Assembly: GCA_041479905.1 (NCBI GenBank)
Contig: JBGOYY010000005.1
Location: 7,665 to 71,664 of the forward strand
Length of the DNA: 64,000 nucleotides
Origin: Candidatus Aminicenantia bacterium
GTDB lineage: Bacteria; Acidobacteriota; Aminicenantia; Aminicenantales; Saccharicenantaceae
Reading direction: 5' to 3'
Below, piece by piece: positions 19,641 through 33,716 of this stretch. The notes under the pieces were generated by a model. It did not search any database. It was given only the letters and a program-made list of their open reading frames with translations, and was not told the DNA's origin. The position numbers were made by a program, and so were the translations under genes. The stretch's first letter is position 1, and the number at the start of each line of letters is the position of its first letter.

Positions 19641-20177
19641 TCAGTACCGGACGAGGGCATGGACCTCGACCCCCGGATGGGCCCGCCGGATGTTCTCGAC
19701 GCCCTTGAGGAATGAGAGCTCGACGACGGCCCCGAAACCCGCGACGTCGCCCTTGAGCAGCTTGACGAGGTTGATGGCGCTCACCGAAGAGGAGCCGGTG
19801 GCGATGAGGTCGTCGATGATCAGAACGCGCTGGCCCGGCGCGACGCCGTCCTCGTGCATCTCGAAATATTCGACGGCGTACTCGTTGGGGGCGAGGACGG
19901 AGGCGGACTTGCGGGGAAGCTTGCCCTTCTTGCGGATGATGGTCAGCCCGAGACGGAGCTCCCGGGCCAGCGCGGCGGCGAAGAGGAAACCCCGGGATTC
20001 GATCCCGGCGATGAGCTCCGGCCTCCGGGGCCGGGCCCAGGCGGCGAGCTCGTCGATGGCGAAGTTGAAGGCCTGGGCGCTCTGGACGACGGGCGTGATG
20101 TCCTTGAAGACGATCCCCGGCTTGGGAAAATCCGGAACGTCGAGGATGAAGGATTTGAGGTCGATGGCCATGGGCAC
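19641..20177 (-). CDS. apt: adenine phosphoribosyltransferase
   Basis: FKDITPVVQSAQAFNFAID.. and PRPP-binding motif VLIIDDLIATGSS. Typical ~178-aa length. Confidence 0.9.
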   Translation of the reverse strand: MPMAIDLKSFILDVPDFPKPGIVFKDITPVVQSAQAFNFAIDELAAWARPRRPELIAGIESRGFLFAAALARELRLGLTIIRKKGKLPRKSASVLAPNEYAVEYFEMHEDGVAPGQRVLIIDDLIATGSSSVSAINLVKLLKGDVAGFGAVVELSFLKGVENIRRAHPGVEVHALVRY

Positions 20178-20311
20178 ATCCTTTCCGGCGAACCGCCCGA
20201 ATTCGGACGGCCCTCATTCTTGATCAAACGCCGGGGGAAGTCAAACCCTAGACTCCCCGGCATGAATGCCGGGAAGACGGAGATTGAGGTATACTAGGGG
20301 ATGAAGCAGAC

Positions 20312-20959
20312 ATGGTCATCGATTATTCGCTCACCCTCGTCGCCGACGCCGATTTCTTCAACAAAATTGCCGTCCCGGGCACCGCGGGCCGGGACTTTCT
20401 CGGGATCGTCGATGCCGCCGTCCAAGGCGGGGTGACGGTCGTCCAGCTCCGGGCGAAGGCCCTCCCCTTCCGGGAGTTTCTCGACCTCGGCCTCAGGGCG
20501 GCGGACCGGCTGGCCGGGACCGGCGTGCCTCTCATCATCAACGACCGGATGGACATCGCCCTGGCCTGCGGCGCCGATGGCGTCCATCTCGGCCAGGAAG
20601 ACATGCCCTTGTCTACGGCCAGGAAGATCCTGGGCGGGGACAGGATAATCGGCATATCCGTTAATACCGCCATGGAGGCCCGCGCGGCGGAAGCCGGGGG
20701 GGCCGATTACGTCGGCGCCGGCCCGGCCTTCGCCACGGCCACGAAGGACACCGCTCTCCCCGTTCTCGGCCCGGAGGGTATCCGCTCGATCAAACGGGCC
20801 GTCCGCATCGCGGTCGTGGCCATCGGGGGAATAAACGCCGGGAACGCGGCGGCCCTTGTCCATTCCGGCGCGGACGGGATCGCCGTCGTCTCGGCCATCC
20901 TCGGCGCGCCGGACGCGAGACGCGCGTCCGAGGAATTGAGAAAGGCTTTCAAGCGATAG
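20312..20959 (+). CDS. thiE: thiamine-phosphate synthase
   Basis: GGVTVVQLRAK..INDRMDIALACGADGVHLGQEDMP..IGISVNTAMEARAAEAGGADYVGAGPAFATATK is a ThiE TIM-barrel signature. Confidence 0.85.
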   Translation: MVIDYSLTLVADADFFNKIAVPGTAGRDFLGIVDAAVQGGVTVVQLRAKALPFREFLDLGLRAADRLAGTGVPLIINDRMDIALACGADGVHLGQEDMPLSTARKILGGDRIIGISVNTAMEARAAEAGGADYVGAGPAFATATKDTALPVLGPEGIRSIKRAVRIAVVAIGGINAGNAAALVHSGADGIAVVSAILGAPDARRASEELRKAFKR

Positions 20960-21004
20960 CTTAGGAAATCGCGGCGAAACTCAAGAGCGCGCTGGCCGAA
21001 TTGG

Positions 21005-21448
21005 TTAAGCGTTGATCGTGATCCGGCGCTCGTCGTCACCGACGACCTCGATCCGGACGCCGATCCCGGCCAGGACAAAAGTCAGCTTCTCCGCCCACTC
21101 GACGAGGACGATCCCCTCTCCCAGGAAATCCTCCCAGCCGAGGTCGAGGATCTCGGCCTCCCGCTCGAGCCGGTAGAGATCAATGTGGTAGACGCGGTGC
21201 TTCCCCTCGTAGATGTTGACGAGTGTGAATGACGGGCTTGAAACCCGGTCCGTGTTGGTGACTCCCGCGCCTGCGGCGATGCCTTTGGCAAAGACGGTTT
21301 TCCCCGCGCCGAGCTCGCCGGTCATCAGGACGATCTCTTTTCCCTTGAATGCGGCGGCCAGCTTTCGGGCGAGGGCGAAGGTTTCCTCGGCCGAATGCGT
21401 CGTGAAGACTCCGGCTCGGGTCGGGGCTTCGGCCCTCCTCGCGGCCAT
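21005..21448 (-). CDS. tsaE: tRNA threonylcarbamoyladenosine biosynthesis ATPase TsaE
   Basis: P-loop LMTGELGAGKTVFAKGIA and the conserved SPSFTLVNIYEG..HIDLYRL motif. Start placed at MAARRAEAP (ATG 21446-21448). The ORF track's 464-aa frame upstream runs inside nnr and is discarded. Confidence 0.8.
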   Translation of the reverse strand: MAARRAEAPTRAGVFTTHSAEETFALARKLAAAFKGKEIVLMTGELGAGKTVFAKGIAAGAGVTNTDRVSSPSFTLVNIYEGKHRVYHIDLYRLEREAEILDLGWEDFLGEGIVLVEWAEKLTFVLAGIGVRIEVVGDDERRITINA

Positions 21449-21453
21449 TCCGA

Positions 21454-23049
21454 TCACTCCCCCGCCAGCGCCTTCAAAGCCGGCGGGAGATAGCGGATGA
21501 GGTCGCAGGCGGTGAGGGATCTCTCGCCGACCCTTTCGGCGGCGATGTCCCCGGCTAGTCCGTGGGCGTAAACGGCGGAGAGGACGGCCCCGAGGAAGTC
21601 CTTCTCCTGGATGACCTGGGAGGCGATGATGCCGCCGAGGACGTCCCCCGTCCCGCCCGTGGCCATGCCGGGGTTGCCCGTCGGGTTGACGAAAACGCGG
21701 CCGTCGGGGGCCGCGATGAGCGTCCGGTACCCCTTGAGGACGACCGTAACGCCGAATTTCGCGGCGAATTCGGGCACGAGCTCCAGGCGGTGTTTGAGGA
21801 CCTCGGCGGCGGACCGGCCGACGAGCCGGGCGAACTCCCCGGGATGCGGCGTGAGGACGGCCGGCGCCGATAGGCGGCGCAGGATATCCGGCTTCGCGGC
21901 GATGATGTTGAGCCCATCGGCGTCGATGACGGCCGGAACTTTGAGTCTGGGGAGAAGGCCGAGAACGAATTCGGCGGTCGAGGGATTTGTGGACAGCCCG
22001 GGCCCCAGGAGCACGGCGCTTTTCCCATTGACGAGCTCGAGGGCGCGCGGCAGGGCCTCCTTGGCGATCGTTTTCTCGGCTGTTTCCGGGAGCGGTTCGG
22101 TCATGAGCTCGGCCATGGACCGGGCGACTATCGGGAGGGCGCTCTGAGCCGTGGCTACCGTGACCAGGCCGGCGCCCGTCCGGAGAGCGGCCTTGCCGGC
22201 GAGCGCGGCCGCGCCCGTCTTCCCCAACGACCCCGCGAAGATGAGGAGGTGGCCATAGGAGCCCTTGTGCGTGTCCCGTTTCCGCTTGCCGAAGAACGGC
22301 AGGACCGTTTTTCCCTCGACGAGCTCGAGCTTCAGCTCCAGCTTGTCGAAAAGGAAAGGCGGAACGCCGATAGGCGCGACGACGAGGTCGCCGATGCATT
22401 CGGCGGCGGGCGGGAAAATGTGGGCGATCTTGGGGGCGGCCAACGCCACCGTCAAGTCCGCCTTGACGCAGGGACCGATCATCTCGAAGGTGTCGCTCGA
22501 AAGCCCGGAGGGGATATCGACGGCGACCTTGAACGCCGCGGACGTGTTCATGTCTTCGACGGCCAGGGCGAAGAGCCCGTCGAGGGGCTTGAGGAGGCCG
22601 GTCCCGAACAGCGCGTCGACGAGGATTGTCGCGTGAAAGACCTTAACCCGGACCTTTTTCCACTCGGCGGGAGTGCGGATCTCGGTGACGGGGATGCCGA
22701 GCTTAAGTACGACGGCCAGGTTGACCGCGGCGTCACCCTTGACCTCTTCCTTCGCCGCGAGGAGCAGGACCTCGGGCGCAGCCCCGGAATTGAAGAGATG
22801 GCGGGCGACGACGAGCCCGTCCCCCCCGTTGTTGCCTTTTCCGGCCACGATGACGATCGTCTCATCTCCGGGCTTCGGGAACCGGCCCTTGAGCGCCCTG
22901 ACGATCCGCAGTCCGGCGTTCTCCATGAGCACCGTCCCCGGGATGCCGATCTCCTCGATCGCGATCCGGTCGATCTCCTTCATTTCCCGGGAAGTCAATA
23001 TCTTCATGAGAGCAATTTTAGCATATTTCGGGAGACATCCGACATTCAT
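21454..23049 (-). CDS. nnr: bifunctional NAD(P)H-hydrate repair enzyme Nnr (epimerase plus ADP-dependent dehydratase)
   Basis: YjeF N-domain (IVIVAGKGNNGGDGLVVARHL) and C-terminal carbohydrate-kinase-like domain (TGGTGDVLGGIIAS). Alternative start at MKILTSREM (23007). Confidence 0.85.
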   Translation of the reverse strand: MNVGCLPKYAKIALMKILTSREMKEIDRIAIEEIGIPGTVLMENAGLRIVRALKGRFPKPGDETIVIVAGKGNNGGDGLVVARHLFNSGAAPEVLLLAAKEEVKGDAAVNLAVVLKLGIPVTEIRTPAEWKKVRVKVFHATILVDALFGTGLLKPLDGLFALAVEDMNTSAAFKVAVDIPSGLSSDTFEMIGPCVKADLTVALAAPKIAHIFPPAAECIGDLVVAPIGVPPFLFDKLELKLELVEGKTVLPFFGKRKRDTHKGSYGHLLIFAGSLGKTGAAALAGKAALRTGAGLVTVATAQSALPIVARSMAELMTEPLPETAEKTIAKEALPRALELVNGKSAVLLGPGLSTNPSTAEFVLGLLPRLKVPAVIDADGLNIIAAKPDILRRLSAPAVLTPHPGEFARLVGRSAAEVLKHRLELVPEFAAKFGVTVVLKGYRTLIAAPDGRVFVNPTGNPGMATGGTGDVLGGIIASQVIQEKDFLGAVLSAVYAHGLAGDIAAERVGERSLTACDLIRYLPPALKALAGE

Positions 23050-23156
23050 TTAGAAATGGGGCTTGATGGCTGGCCCCAACTAATAGGGCCGTCCGAGATA
23101 TCTCCCTCAATATATTGACATTCGGTCGGGCCTTGTGTTAGGAATGGCTCGATCGA

Positions 23157-25517
23157 TTGTTTGCCTGTTCGGCCGACAAGGCAAGACGGAGGGCCATCAA
23201 CGTGACTGATTCCGGCAAGCGCCGCGCCGTATCGCGCAGGTTTCCCTGGCAGCTCATCGTCGTTTTCATCCTTCTCGCCGCGGGATTGTTCATCCTGTCC
23301 CGGGTTTTTTACGATATTCAGGTCAAGCATGCCCGCGCCTATAAAGAGGACGCCCTGGCCGCTCGAGCCGATCTAAATGCGCTTCAGATCGCGAACTGGA
23401 GGGACGGGCTCCTGACCCTGGCCGACGCCTATTCCGAGGATCCCGCTCACGCGGCGCTGGCGCAGGACCTCATCGAGGGCCGGAATGCGGGCCCGGCCAA
23501 CCAGGAAATCATCGGCGGCCTCTCCGGGTTCCGGAAAAAATTCCCGTTCGAATGGGCGACGCTCGCCCTCGTGGGGGGGAAAATTGTCCTCAAGACTCCC
23601 GAGTCGGCCGAGGTCCGATCGACGCCCGATTCGATACGGTTGGGCCACGAAGTCTGGCGGACCAAAAAAGCCGGGCTCGGGACGATCAGCATCGACGAAG
23701 CGACCGGACGCCGCTCGATCGACCTGCTCATTCCCGTCCTCGTGGTCAAGGGCCAAAGCCGGGAACCGATCGCCCTCCTGCGGCTGAACTTCGACCCTTC
23801 CAAGTCCCTCGATCCGCTCCTGAAAACCCCGCCCTTCCAGAGCCCGACATCCGAGGCGCTTCTCCTCGAACGAGTCGGGGATGACTTCCTCGCCCTGGCC
23901 GCGCCCCGCCTCCAGGAATCCGCGGCGCTCCCGCTCCGTATTCCCGTGCGCGATTTCCGGCGCCCGGCGTCGCGGGATTTTCTCGGCGAAGAAGGCATCG
24001 TCGAGGGAAAAGATTACCGCGGCGCGACTGTCCTCGGCTTCATCAAGGCCGTCCCGGACTCGCCCTGGCTCGTCATGGCTAAGATCGACCTCCGGGAACT
24101 GACGACGGCGATGACCTCCCGGTACCGGATCATGCTCGGAATCACCGGCGCCTTCGTCCTCCTCTGCGGGATCCTCCTCTGCCTGTTCTGGCTCAAGACC
24201 CTGGCCGCCCAAGACGCCGCCGAGCGGGCCAAGTGGGACCAGGCGAACAGGCATATGGACGAGTTCATCCAGCTCGTGATCGACATCATGCCCAACCCGG
24301 CCTTCTTCAAAGACACGCAGGGGTTCTACCGGGGCACCAACTCGGCCTTCGAGAAGCTGCTCGGCTTGTCCAAGAACGACATTTTTGGAAAAACCATCGG
24401 CGATATCGCCCCGGCTGAGATCGTCAAAAGGCACCAGGAACACGACCAGGCCCTCCTCGAAAAGCCCGGCCATCAGGTCTATGAAGCTCCCCTGCAGGCC
24501 TGGGACGGCACGCACCACGTCATTTTCATCAAGACGGCCTACGTCCGCCCGGACGGTACGCTCGGCGGGATCTTCGGCATCCTCAAGGACATCACCCAGA
24601 GACTGCGCTCGGAAGAGGAGCTCGAACAGCTCCGCAAGTTCAGCGACAGCACCGTCCAGACCATGACCGAAGGCCTCGTCCTGACCGACACCGAAGGCAG
24701 ATTCACGTTCGTCAACCCGGCCGCGGCCCTGATGCTGGGCTACACGCCGACGGAGATGATCGACAGGGAGGTCCTGTCCTTCATCCCCAAGGACCAGCAT
24801 GCCATCGTCCGCCGGGCGGACGAGAAGCGCTCCCAGGGCATTTCCGGCCGCTACGAGCTCGTCTTTTTGCACAAGGACGGCACCCGCCGCACGTTCCTCG
24901 TCAGTGCCGGGCCCCGCGTCCAGGGCGCCCAGGTCGGCGGGACGATGGCCGTCCTGACGGACATCTCCGAGCGCAAGCGGCTGGAAGAGGAGATCAGCGC
25001 CCTGTCCCTGCTGGACGAGCTGACGACCCTTTACAACCGCCGCGGCTTCATGACCCTGGCCGAGCAGCAGCTCAAGACCGCCAACCGCTTGAAAAAGCAA
25101 GTGGCCCTGCTCTACCTCGACATGGATGACCTGAAAAAAATCAACGACACCGGCGGGCACAGGATGGGCGACCGGGCCCTCGTCGAGATCGCCTTCATCC
25201 TGAAAAAGAGCTTCCGCGAGTCCGACATCGTCGGCCGGCTGGGGGGGGACGAGTTCTCCGTCCTGGCCATGGAGGCGACCGACATGAACGTCGACATCCT
25301 CACGGCGCGGCTCCAGGAGAAGCTCGACCTTTTCAACTCGCGGTCCTCTGCCGAGGCCGGTTTCAGCCTGTCCGTCAGCGTGGGCGTGTGCACCCGCGAG
25401 CCGGAACACCCGGCGACGGTCGAGGAGATGCTGAGCCGGGCCGACCTCCTCATGTACGAGCAGAAACGGAGCAAGAAGGGCGGCGAGCCGGCCAAGCCGC
25501 CCGGACGCTCGAAATAG
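23157..25517 (+). CDS. membrane sensor diguanylate cyclase (periplasmic sensor, multiple PAS, GGDEF)
   Basis: N-terminal TM (LIVVFILLAAGLFILS) and a second TM (IMLGITGAFVLLCGILLCLF). PAS-like segments. GGDEF domain with intact RLGGDEFSVL active site. Confidence 0.8.
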   Translation: MFACSADKARRRAINVTDSGKRRAVSRRFPWQLIVVFILLAAGLFILSRVFYDIQVKHARAYKEDALAARADLNALQIANWRDGLLTLADAYSEDPAHAALAQDLIEGRNAGPANQEIIGGLSGFRKKFPFEWATLALVGGKIVLKTPESAEVRSTPDSIRLGHEVWRTKKAGLGTISIDEATGRRSIDLLIPVLVVKGQSREPIALLRLNFDPSKSLDPLLKTPPFQSPTSEALLLERVGDDFLALAAPRLQESAALPLRIPVRDFRRPASRDFLGEEGIVEGKDYRGATVLGFIKAVPDSPWLVMAKIDLRELTTAMTSRYRIMLGITGAFVLLCGILLCLFWLKTLAAQDAAERAKWDQANRHMDEFIQLVIDIMPNPAFFKDTQGFYRGTNSAFEKLLGLSKNDIFGKTIGDIAPAEIVKRHQEHDQALLEKPGHQVYEAPLQAWDGTHHVIFIKTAYVRPDGTLGGIFGILKDITQRLRSEEELEQLRKFSDSTVQTMTEGLVLTDTEGRFTFVNPAAALMLGYTPTEMIDREVLSFIPKDQHAIVRRADEKRSQGISGRYELVFLHKDGTRRTFLVSAGPRVQGAQVGGTMAVLTDISERKRLEEEISALSLLDELTTLYNRRGFMTLAEQQLKTANRLKKQVALLYLDMDDLKKINDTGGHRMGDRALVEIAFILKKSFRESDIVGRLGGDEFSVLAMEATDMNVDILTARLQEKLDLFNSRSSAEAGFSLSVSVGVCTREPEHPATVEEMLSRADLLMYEQKRSKKGGEPAKPPGRSK

Positions 25518-25553
25518 GCCGGGGTGCGGCCCCCCGGCGCGGCCTTGAAATAG

Positions 25554-26612
<1,059 letters not shown>

Positions 26613-26619
26613 GACAGAC

Positions 26620-27798
26620 ATGAATTTGATCACCGACCTGGACGTCAAGGGAAAGCGCATTTTCCTGCGCGTCGACTTCAACGTCCCCCTGGACGAAAAC
26701 GGCGGCATCCGGGACGACACCCGGATCAGGGCCTCCCTGCCCACCATCCGCTATCTGCTGGACCACGGCGCCCGGCTCGTCATCGCGTCCCACATGGGCC
26801 GACCGAAGGGCAAGGCCGATCCGAAGATGAGCCTCAAGCCGGCCGCGAAACGGCTGGCCGAGCTCATCCCCAACAAGGTGGTCATGGCCCCCGACGTCGT
26901 CGGCGACGAGGTCGCCCGCCTCAAGCGCGGCCTCGGCGAAGGCGAGGCGCTCCTGCTCGAGAACGTCCGCTTCTACAAGGAAGAAGAGAAGAACGACCCC
27001 GAGTTCGCCAGGAAACTCGCCGAGGACATCGACATCTTCGTCAACGACGCCTTCGGCTCGAGCCACCGGGCCCACGCCTCCGTCGTCGCTATCGCCGGAT
27101 TCGCCCCGGCCAAGGCCGCCGGCTACTTGATGAAGAAAGAGGTCGACTATTTGAAAAAGGCCATCCACGCGCCCGAGAAACCCTACGTCGCCATCCTCGG
27201 GGGAGCCAAGGTCTCGGACAAGATCGAGATCATCGAAAGCCTGCTCGGCAAGGCCGACCAAATCCTCATCGGCGGGGCCATGGCCTACACCTTCCTGAAA
27301 GCGCAGGGCCTGGGCGTGGGAAGATCACTGGTCGAGGACGACCAGAGGCAGATCGCCCTGGTCATCCTGGAGAAGTCCCGGACGAAGAGCGGCAGTTTCC
27401 ATCTTCCGCTCGATCATGTCCTGGCCGAGTCCGCCGAGACCGGAGCCGTGACCCGGATCGTGGAATCCCTCCCCTTCCCCGAAGACATGATGGGCGTCGA
27501 CATCGGCCCCAAGACGGTCGCCGCTTATTCGGCCGTCATCGCCGGGGCCAAGACGATCTTTTGGAACGGCCCGATGGGCATCTTCGAGATCGAGGAGTTC
27601 GCCCAGGGCACGATCGGCATCGCCAAGGCCGTCGCCGAGTCCAGAGCGGTCTCCATCGTCGGGGGCGGCGATTCCGTCGCGGCGGTGAAGAAGGCCGGCG
27701 TCATGGACAGGATCAGTCACATCTCGACGGGCGGCGGCGCCTCCCTCGAGTACATCGCCTACGAAACCCTCCCCGGGATAACCGCCCTGGAAAACTAG
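26620..27798 (+). CDS. pgk: phosphoglycerate kinase
   Basis: RVDFNVPLD.., ASHMGRP, and GGGASLE motifs. Confidence 0.95.
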   Translation: MNLITDLDVKGKRIFLRVDFNVPLDENGGIRDDTRIRASLPTIRYLLDHGARLVIASHMGRPKGKADPKMSLKPAAKRLAELIPNKVVMAPDVVGDEVARLKRGLGEGEALLLENVRFYKEEEKNDPEFARKLAEDIDIFVNDAFGSSHRAHASVVAIAGFAPAKAAGYLMKKEVDYLKKAIHAPEKPYVAILGGAKVSDKIEIIESLLGKADQILIGGAMAYTFLKAQGLGVGRSLVEDDQRQIALVILEKSRTKSGSFHLPLDHVLAESAETGAVTRIVESLPFPEDMMGVDIGPKTVAAYSAVIAGAKTIFWNGPMGIFEIEEFAQGTIGIAKAVAESRAVSIVGGGDSVAAVKKAGVMDRISHISTGGGASLEYIAYETLPGITALEN

Positions 27799-28587
27799 AT
27801 GGCCGGCAGCGGGCAAGGTCCCTTCGTCGCGGGCAACTGGAAAATGCACCTGACGCGCCCGGAGGCCCGGGCGCTCGCTCAAAAGGTGGCCACGGCCATG
27901 CACGGCCTGCACGAAAGCCGCATCGTCCTCATCCCCCCGTTTACGGTTCTCGGTGAAGTCGGGGCGGTCCTCGCCGGCTCGGACGTCCGGCTCGGCGCCC
28001 AAGACCTCTTCTGGGAGGACAAGGGGGCCTACACGGGCGAGGTCTCGGCCCCCATGCTCAAGGAGGCCGGCTGCGCGCACGTCCTCGTCGGCCATTCCGA
28101 AAGGCGGCAGTATTTCGGGGAGACCGACGAAACGGTCAACCGGAAGGTCCATGCCGCCTTGCGCTCGGGCCTCTCGCCCATCGTCTGCGTCGGGGAAGTC
28201 CTCGAGGAGCGGGAAAGCGGCCGGACGACCGAGAGGATCGACGCCCAGCTTTCGGCCGGCCTCCGCGGCCTCTCGCCCGCCGAAATGGGGGAGATCGTCC
28301 TCGCCTATGAGCCCGTCTGGGCCATCGGCACGGGAAAAACCGCCTCCCCCGTCCAGGCCGAAGAGGTCCACGCCCACATCCGGAAGCGTCTCCGGGACAG
28401 CTATGGAAATGACAGGGCCACCTGTGCTATAATTCTCTACGGCGGCTCCGTTAAGCCGGCCAATTCTTATCCGCTGTTCAAAGAAAAGAACATCGACGGA
28501 TTTTTGGTCGGAGGAGCATCCCTCGACGCGGCCGATTTCATCGGCATCGCCGGGGAGGCCCTCCGCGCCTACAGGGAAGAAAAGTGA
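27799..28587 (+). CDS. tpiA: triosephosphate isomerase
   Basis: AGNWKMH, catalytic VGHSERR, AYEPVWAIGTG. Confidence 0.95.
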   Translation: MAGSGQGPFVAGNWKMHLTRPEARALAQKVATAMHGLHESRIVLIPPFTVLGEVGAVLAGSDVRLGAQDLFWEDKGAYTGEVSAPMLKEAGCAHVLVGHSERRQYFGETDETVNRKVHAALRSGLSPIVCVGEVLEERESGRTTERIDAQLSAGLRGLSPAEMGEIVLAYEPVWAIGTGKTASPVQAEEVHAHIRKRLRDSYGNDRATCAIILYGGSVKPANSYPLFKEKNIDGFLVGGASLDAADFIGIAGEALRAYREEK

Positions 28588-28988
28588 GCGCTTTAATCAT
28601 CATCCTGCACATCATCGTTTGTCTGATCCTGATCTTCGCGATCCTTCTGCAGTCGGGCAAGGCCGCGGACCTGGCCGGGGCCTTCGGCGGAGGCGGCAGT
28701 CAGACCGCTTTCGGGGGCCGCGGGTCCACCTCCCTGCTCTCGAAGGTGACAACCGCCGCGGCGATCATCTTCATGCTGACCTCGCTCGGCCTCTGGATCC
28801 TCTCCGGCAAGCAGGGGTCGTCCGTCGTCGGTGGAGAGAAGGCCCCGGCGACGGCCGCCGAAAAGGCCGCCCCGCCTGCGGCCAAGCCCGCGGACAAGAC
28901 GGCAACCGACAAGAAGGCGGCTCCGCCCGCCGAGAAAACCGTTCCGCAAAAGCCCCCCGCTACCGAGGGGACGGCCGCGAAGAAATAA
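28584..28988 (+). CDS. secG: preprotein translocase subunit SecG
   Basis: ILHIIVCLILIFAILLQSGK..GGAFGGGGSQTAFGG is SecG's two TM segments with a Gly-rich loop. There is an Ala/Pro/Lys-rich C-terminal tail. Confidence 0.85.
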   Translation: MSALIIILHIIVCLILIFAILLQSGKAADLAGAFGGGGSQTAFGGRGSTSLLSKVTTAAAIIFMLTSLGLWILSGKQGSSVVGGEKAPATAAEKAAPPAAKPADKTATDKKAAPPAEKTVPQKPPATEGTAAKK

Positions 28989-28989
28989 T

Positions 28990-29073
28990 TGCCGAAGTGG
29001 TGGAATTGGCAGACACGCTAGCTTGAGGGGTTAGTTCCCGCAAGGGATTGGGGGTTCGAGTCCCCCCTTCGGC
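28990..29073 (+). tRNA. tRNA-Leu (anticodon GAG), class II with long variable arm
   Basis: Manually folded: acceptor GCCGAAG/CTTCGGC; anticodon stem CTAGC/GTTAG (one G-U); loop TTGAGGG gives anticodon GAG; variable arm CCC..GGG; T-arm GGGGG-TTCGAGT-CCCCC; discriminator A; no encoded CCA. Same secG-leuU arrangement as in E. coli. Confidence 0.85.
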
Positions 29074-29089
29074 ATTCCCTCAATCTCCC

Positions 29090-32401
<3,312 letters not shown>

Positions 32402-32563
32402 CGGGACTCCTTCCAAATCGCCGTGGCGTTTCACCTTTGTCGTGTATCGCGAAGGAGCGCCTTCCGCTTCGGTTCCGGAAAACGCTCGTCGGTTTTTTCT
32501 CGGCCATGCCTCCCTCCGGGGCAAGGATTCAAGAAGGCATTTTACGGGATTACCGGAACGCGG

Positions 32564-33676
32564 TCAAACGAACTTCGCCAGGATCCGGTTGGAGACGAGG
32601 AAATTCCGTGACGGAATCCTCAGCCGGCCGGCCGAGAGGACGAGCGACCCCTCCGCGACGAGCTCGCCGATTTCCCGGCCGAAAAGGGCCATGACGTCGA
32701 CGTCGAACCGCTCGGTGAACGCGCCAAGATCGACCCCCTCGACGAGCCTCAGGCCGAAAATAAGGGCTTCCCGGGCGGCGAGGCTGGGAGTCAATTCAAC
32801 GACATCCTCGCGGATCGTCTCGCTCCGGCTCAAGGCCTCGGCCCAATCGTCGAGGCATGTTGTGTTGCACCACCGCCTGCCGGGAAGGTGCGAGCCGGCC
32901 GAAGGGCCCAGCCCGAGGAACGGTTCGTACCGCCAGTATTTCAGGTTGTGGCGGCACTCCTTCCCAGGCCGGGCGAAGTTCGAGATTTCGTACTGGCGGA
33001 GGCCGGCCGCCTCGAGCGCGTCCCGGATCCTGTCGTAGGCATCGACGACCGCGTCCTCGTCGACGGGATGGCGGACAAGGAGCTCCTCGAACGGCAGGCC
33101 CTCGACGTTCTCGAGGATATAGACGGAAACATGATCCGGTTCGAGGCCGAGCGCGGTATCGAGGGAGCGCTCGACGGCCGCGGGGGTTTCGCCGGGGATC
33201 CCGATCATCAGGTCGATCGAGAGGGCGTCGAATCCAGCCCTGCGGCCGGTCCGGCAGAATCGCAAGGCCTCCTCGGCCGTGTAGGGCCGCCCGAGCGTCC
33301 GCAGGACGGCTTCGTCGAAGGATTGGACGCCGACGCTCAGCCGGGTGACTCCCGCCTCCCGCCAACCCCCGAAGAGGTCCGTCCCGGACGCGCCGGGGTT
33401 GGCTTCGAGCGTGAATTCCTCGATCTTTAGGGAGAAGTGGGCCTGGGCGAGCTCCCGGACCCAAACGACCTCGTCCGGCCCGAGGAGGGACGGCGTTCCT
33501 CCGCCCAGATAAACCGTATCGAACTCGAAGCCCGCTTCCCTCGGAGCGGCCGCTTCCCGTTCCAGGCCCTGCCGCCAGGTCCGATAGGACGCTTCATCCC
33601 AGGGCAGGCTCGAAAAATGGCAATACGGGCACTTGGCCGCGCAGAAAGGAAAATGGATGTAGAGGCCGGCGCGCAT
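32564..33676 (-). CDS. hemW: radical SAM heme chaperone HemW (coproporphyrinogen III oxidase-like)
   Basis: YIHFPFCAAKCPYCHFSS CxxxCxxC cluster motif, and the HemN/HemW C-terminal domain. Confidence 0.8.
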   Translation of the reverse strand: MRAGLYIHFPFCAAKCPYCHFSSLPWDEASYRTWRQGLEREAAAPREAGFEFDTVYLGGGTPSLLGPDEVVWVRELAQAHFSLKIEEFTLEANPGASGTDLFGGWREAGVTRLSVGVQSFDEAVLRTLGRPYTAEEALRFCRTGRRAGFDALSIDLMIGIPGETPAAVERSLDTALGLEPDHVSVYILENVEGLPFEELLVRHPVDEDAVVDAYDRIRDALEAAGLRQYEISNFARPGKECRHNLKYWRYEPFLGLGPSAGSHLPGRRWCNTTCLDDWAEALSRSETIREDVVELTPSLAAREALIFGLRLVEGVDLGAFTERFDVDVMALFGREIGELVAEGSLVLSAGRLRIPSRNFLVSNRILAKFV

Positions 33677-33716
33677 GGGTCCTTAGATGAAAAGTCCTTG
33701 CGCCCCGTCCGTTTCC

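Noticed and set aside
20178-20311. Possible TPP riboswitch (THI-box) in the leader of thiE
   Set aside because: There is partial resemblance to the 3' half of the THI element (..ACCC..CCGG..AATGCCGGG..GGA). The conserved CUGAGA core and the GGGG/UGCC pairing partner are not identifiable. It could only be tested with a covariance-model scan (Rfam TPP).
21005-22399. 464-aa minus-strand ORF
   Set aside because: Only the last 147 codons (TsaE, P-loop) are genuine. The upstream 317 codons run out of frame through the nnr gene. Start reassigned to 21448.
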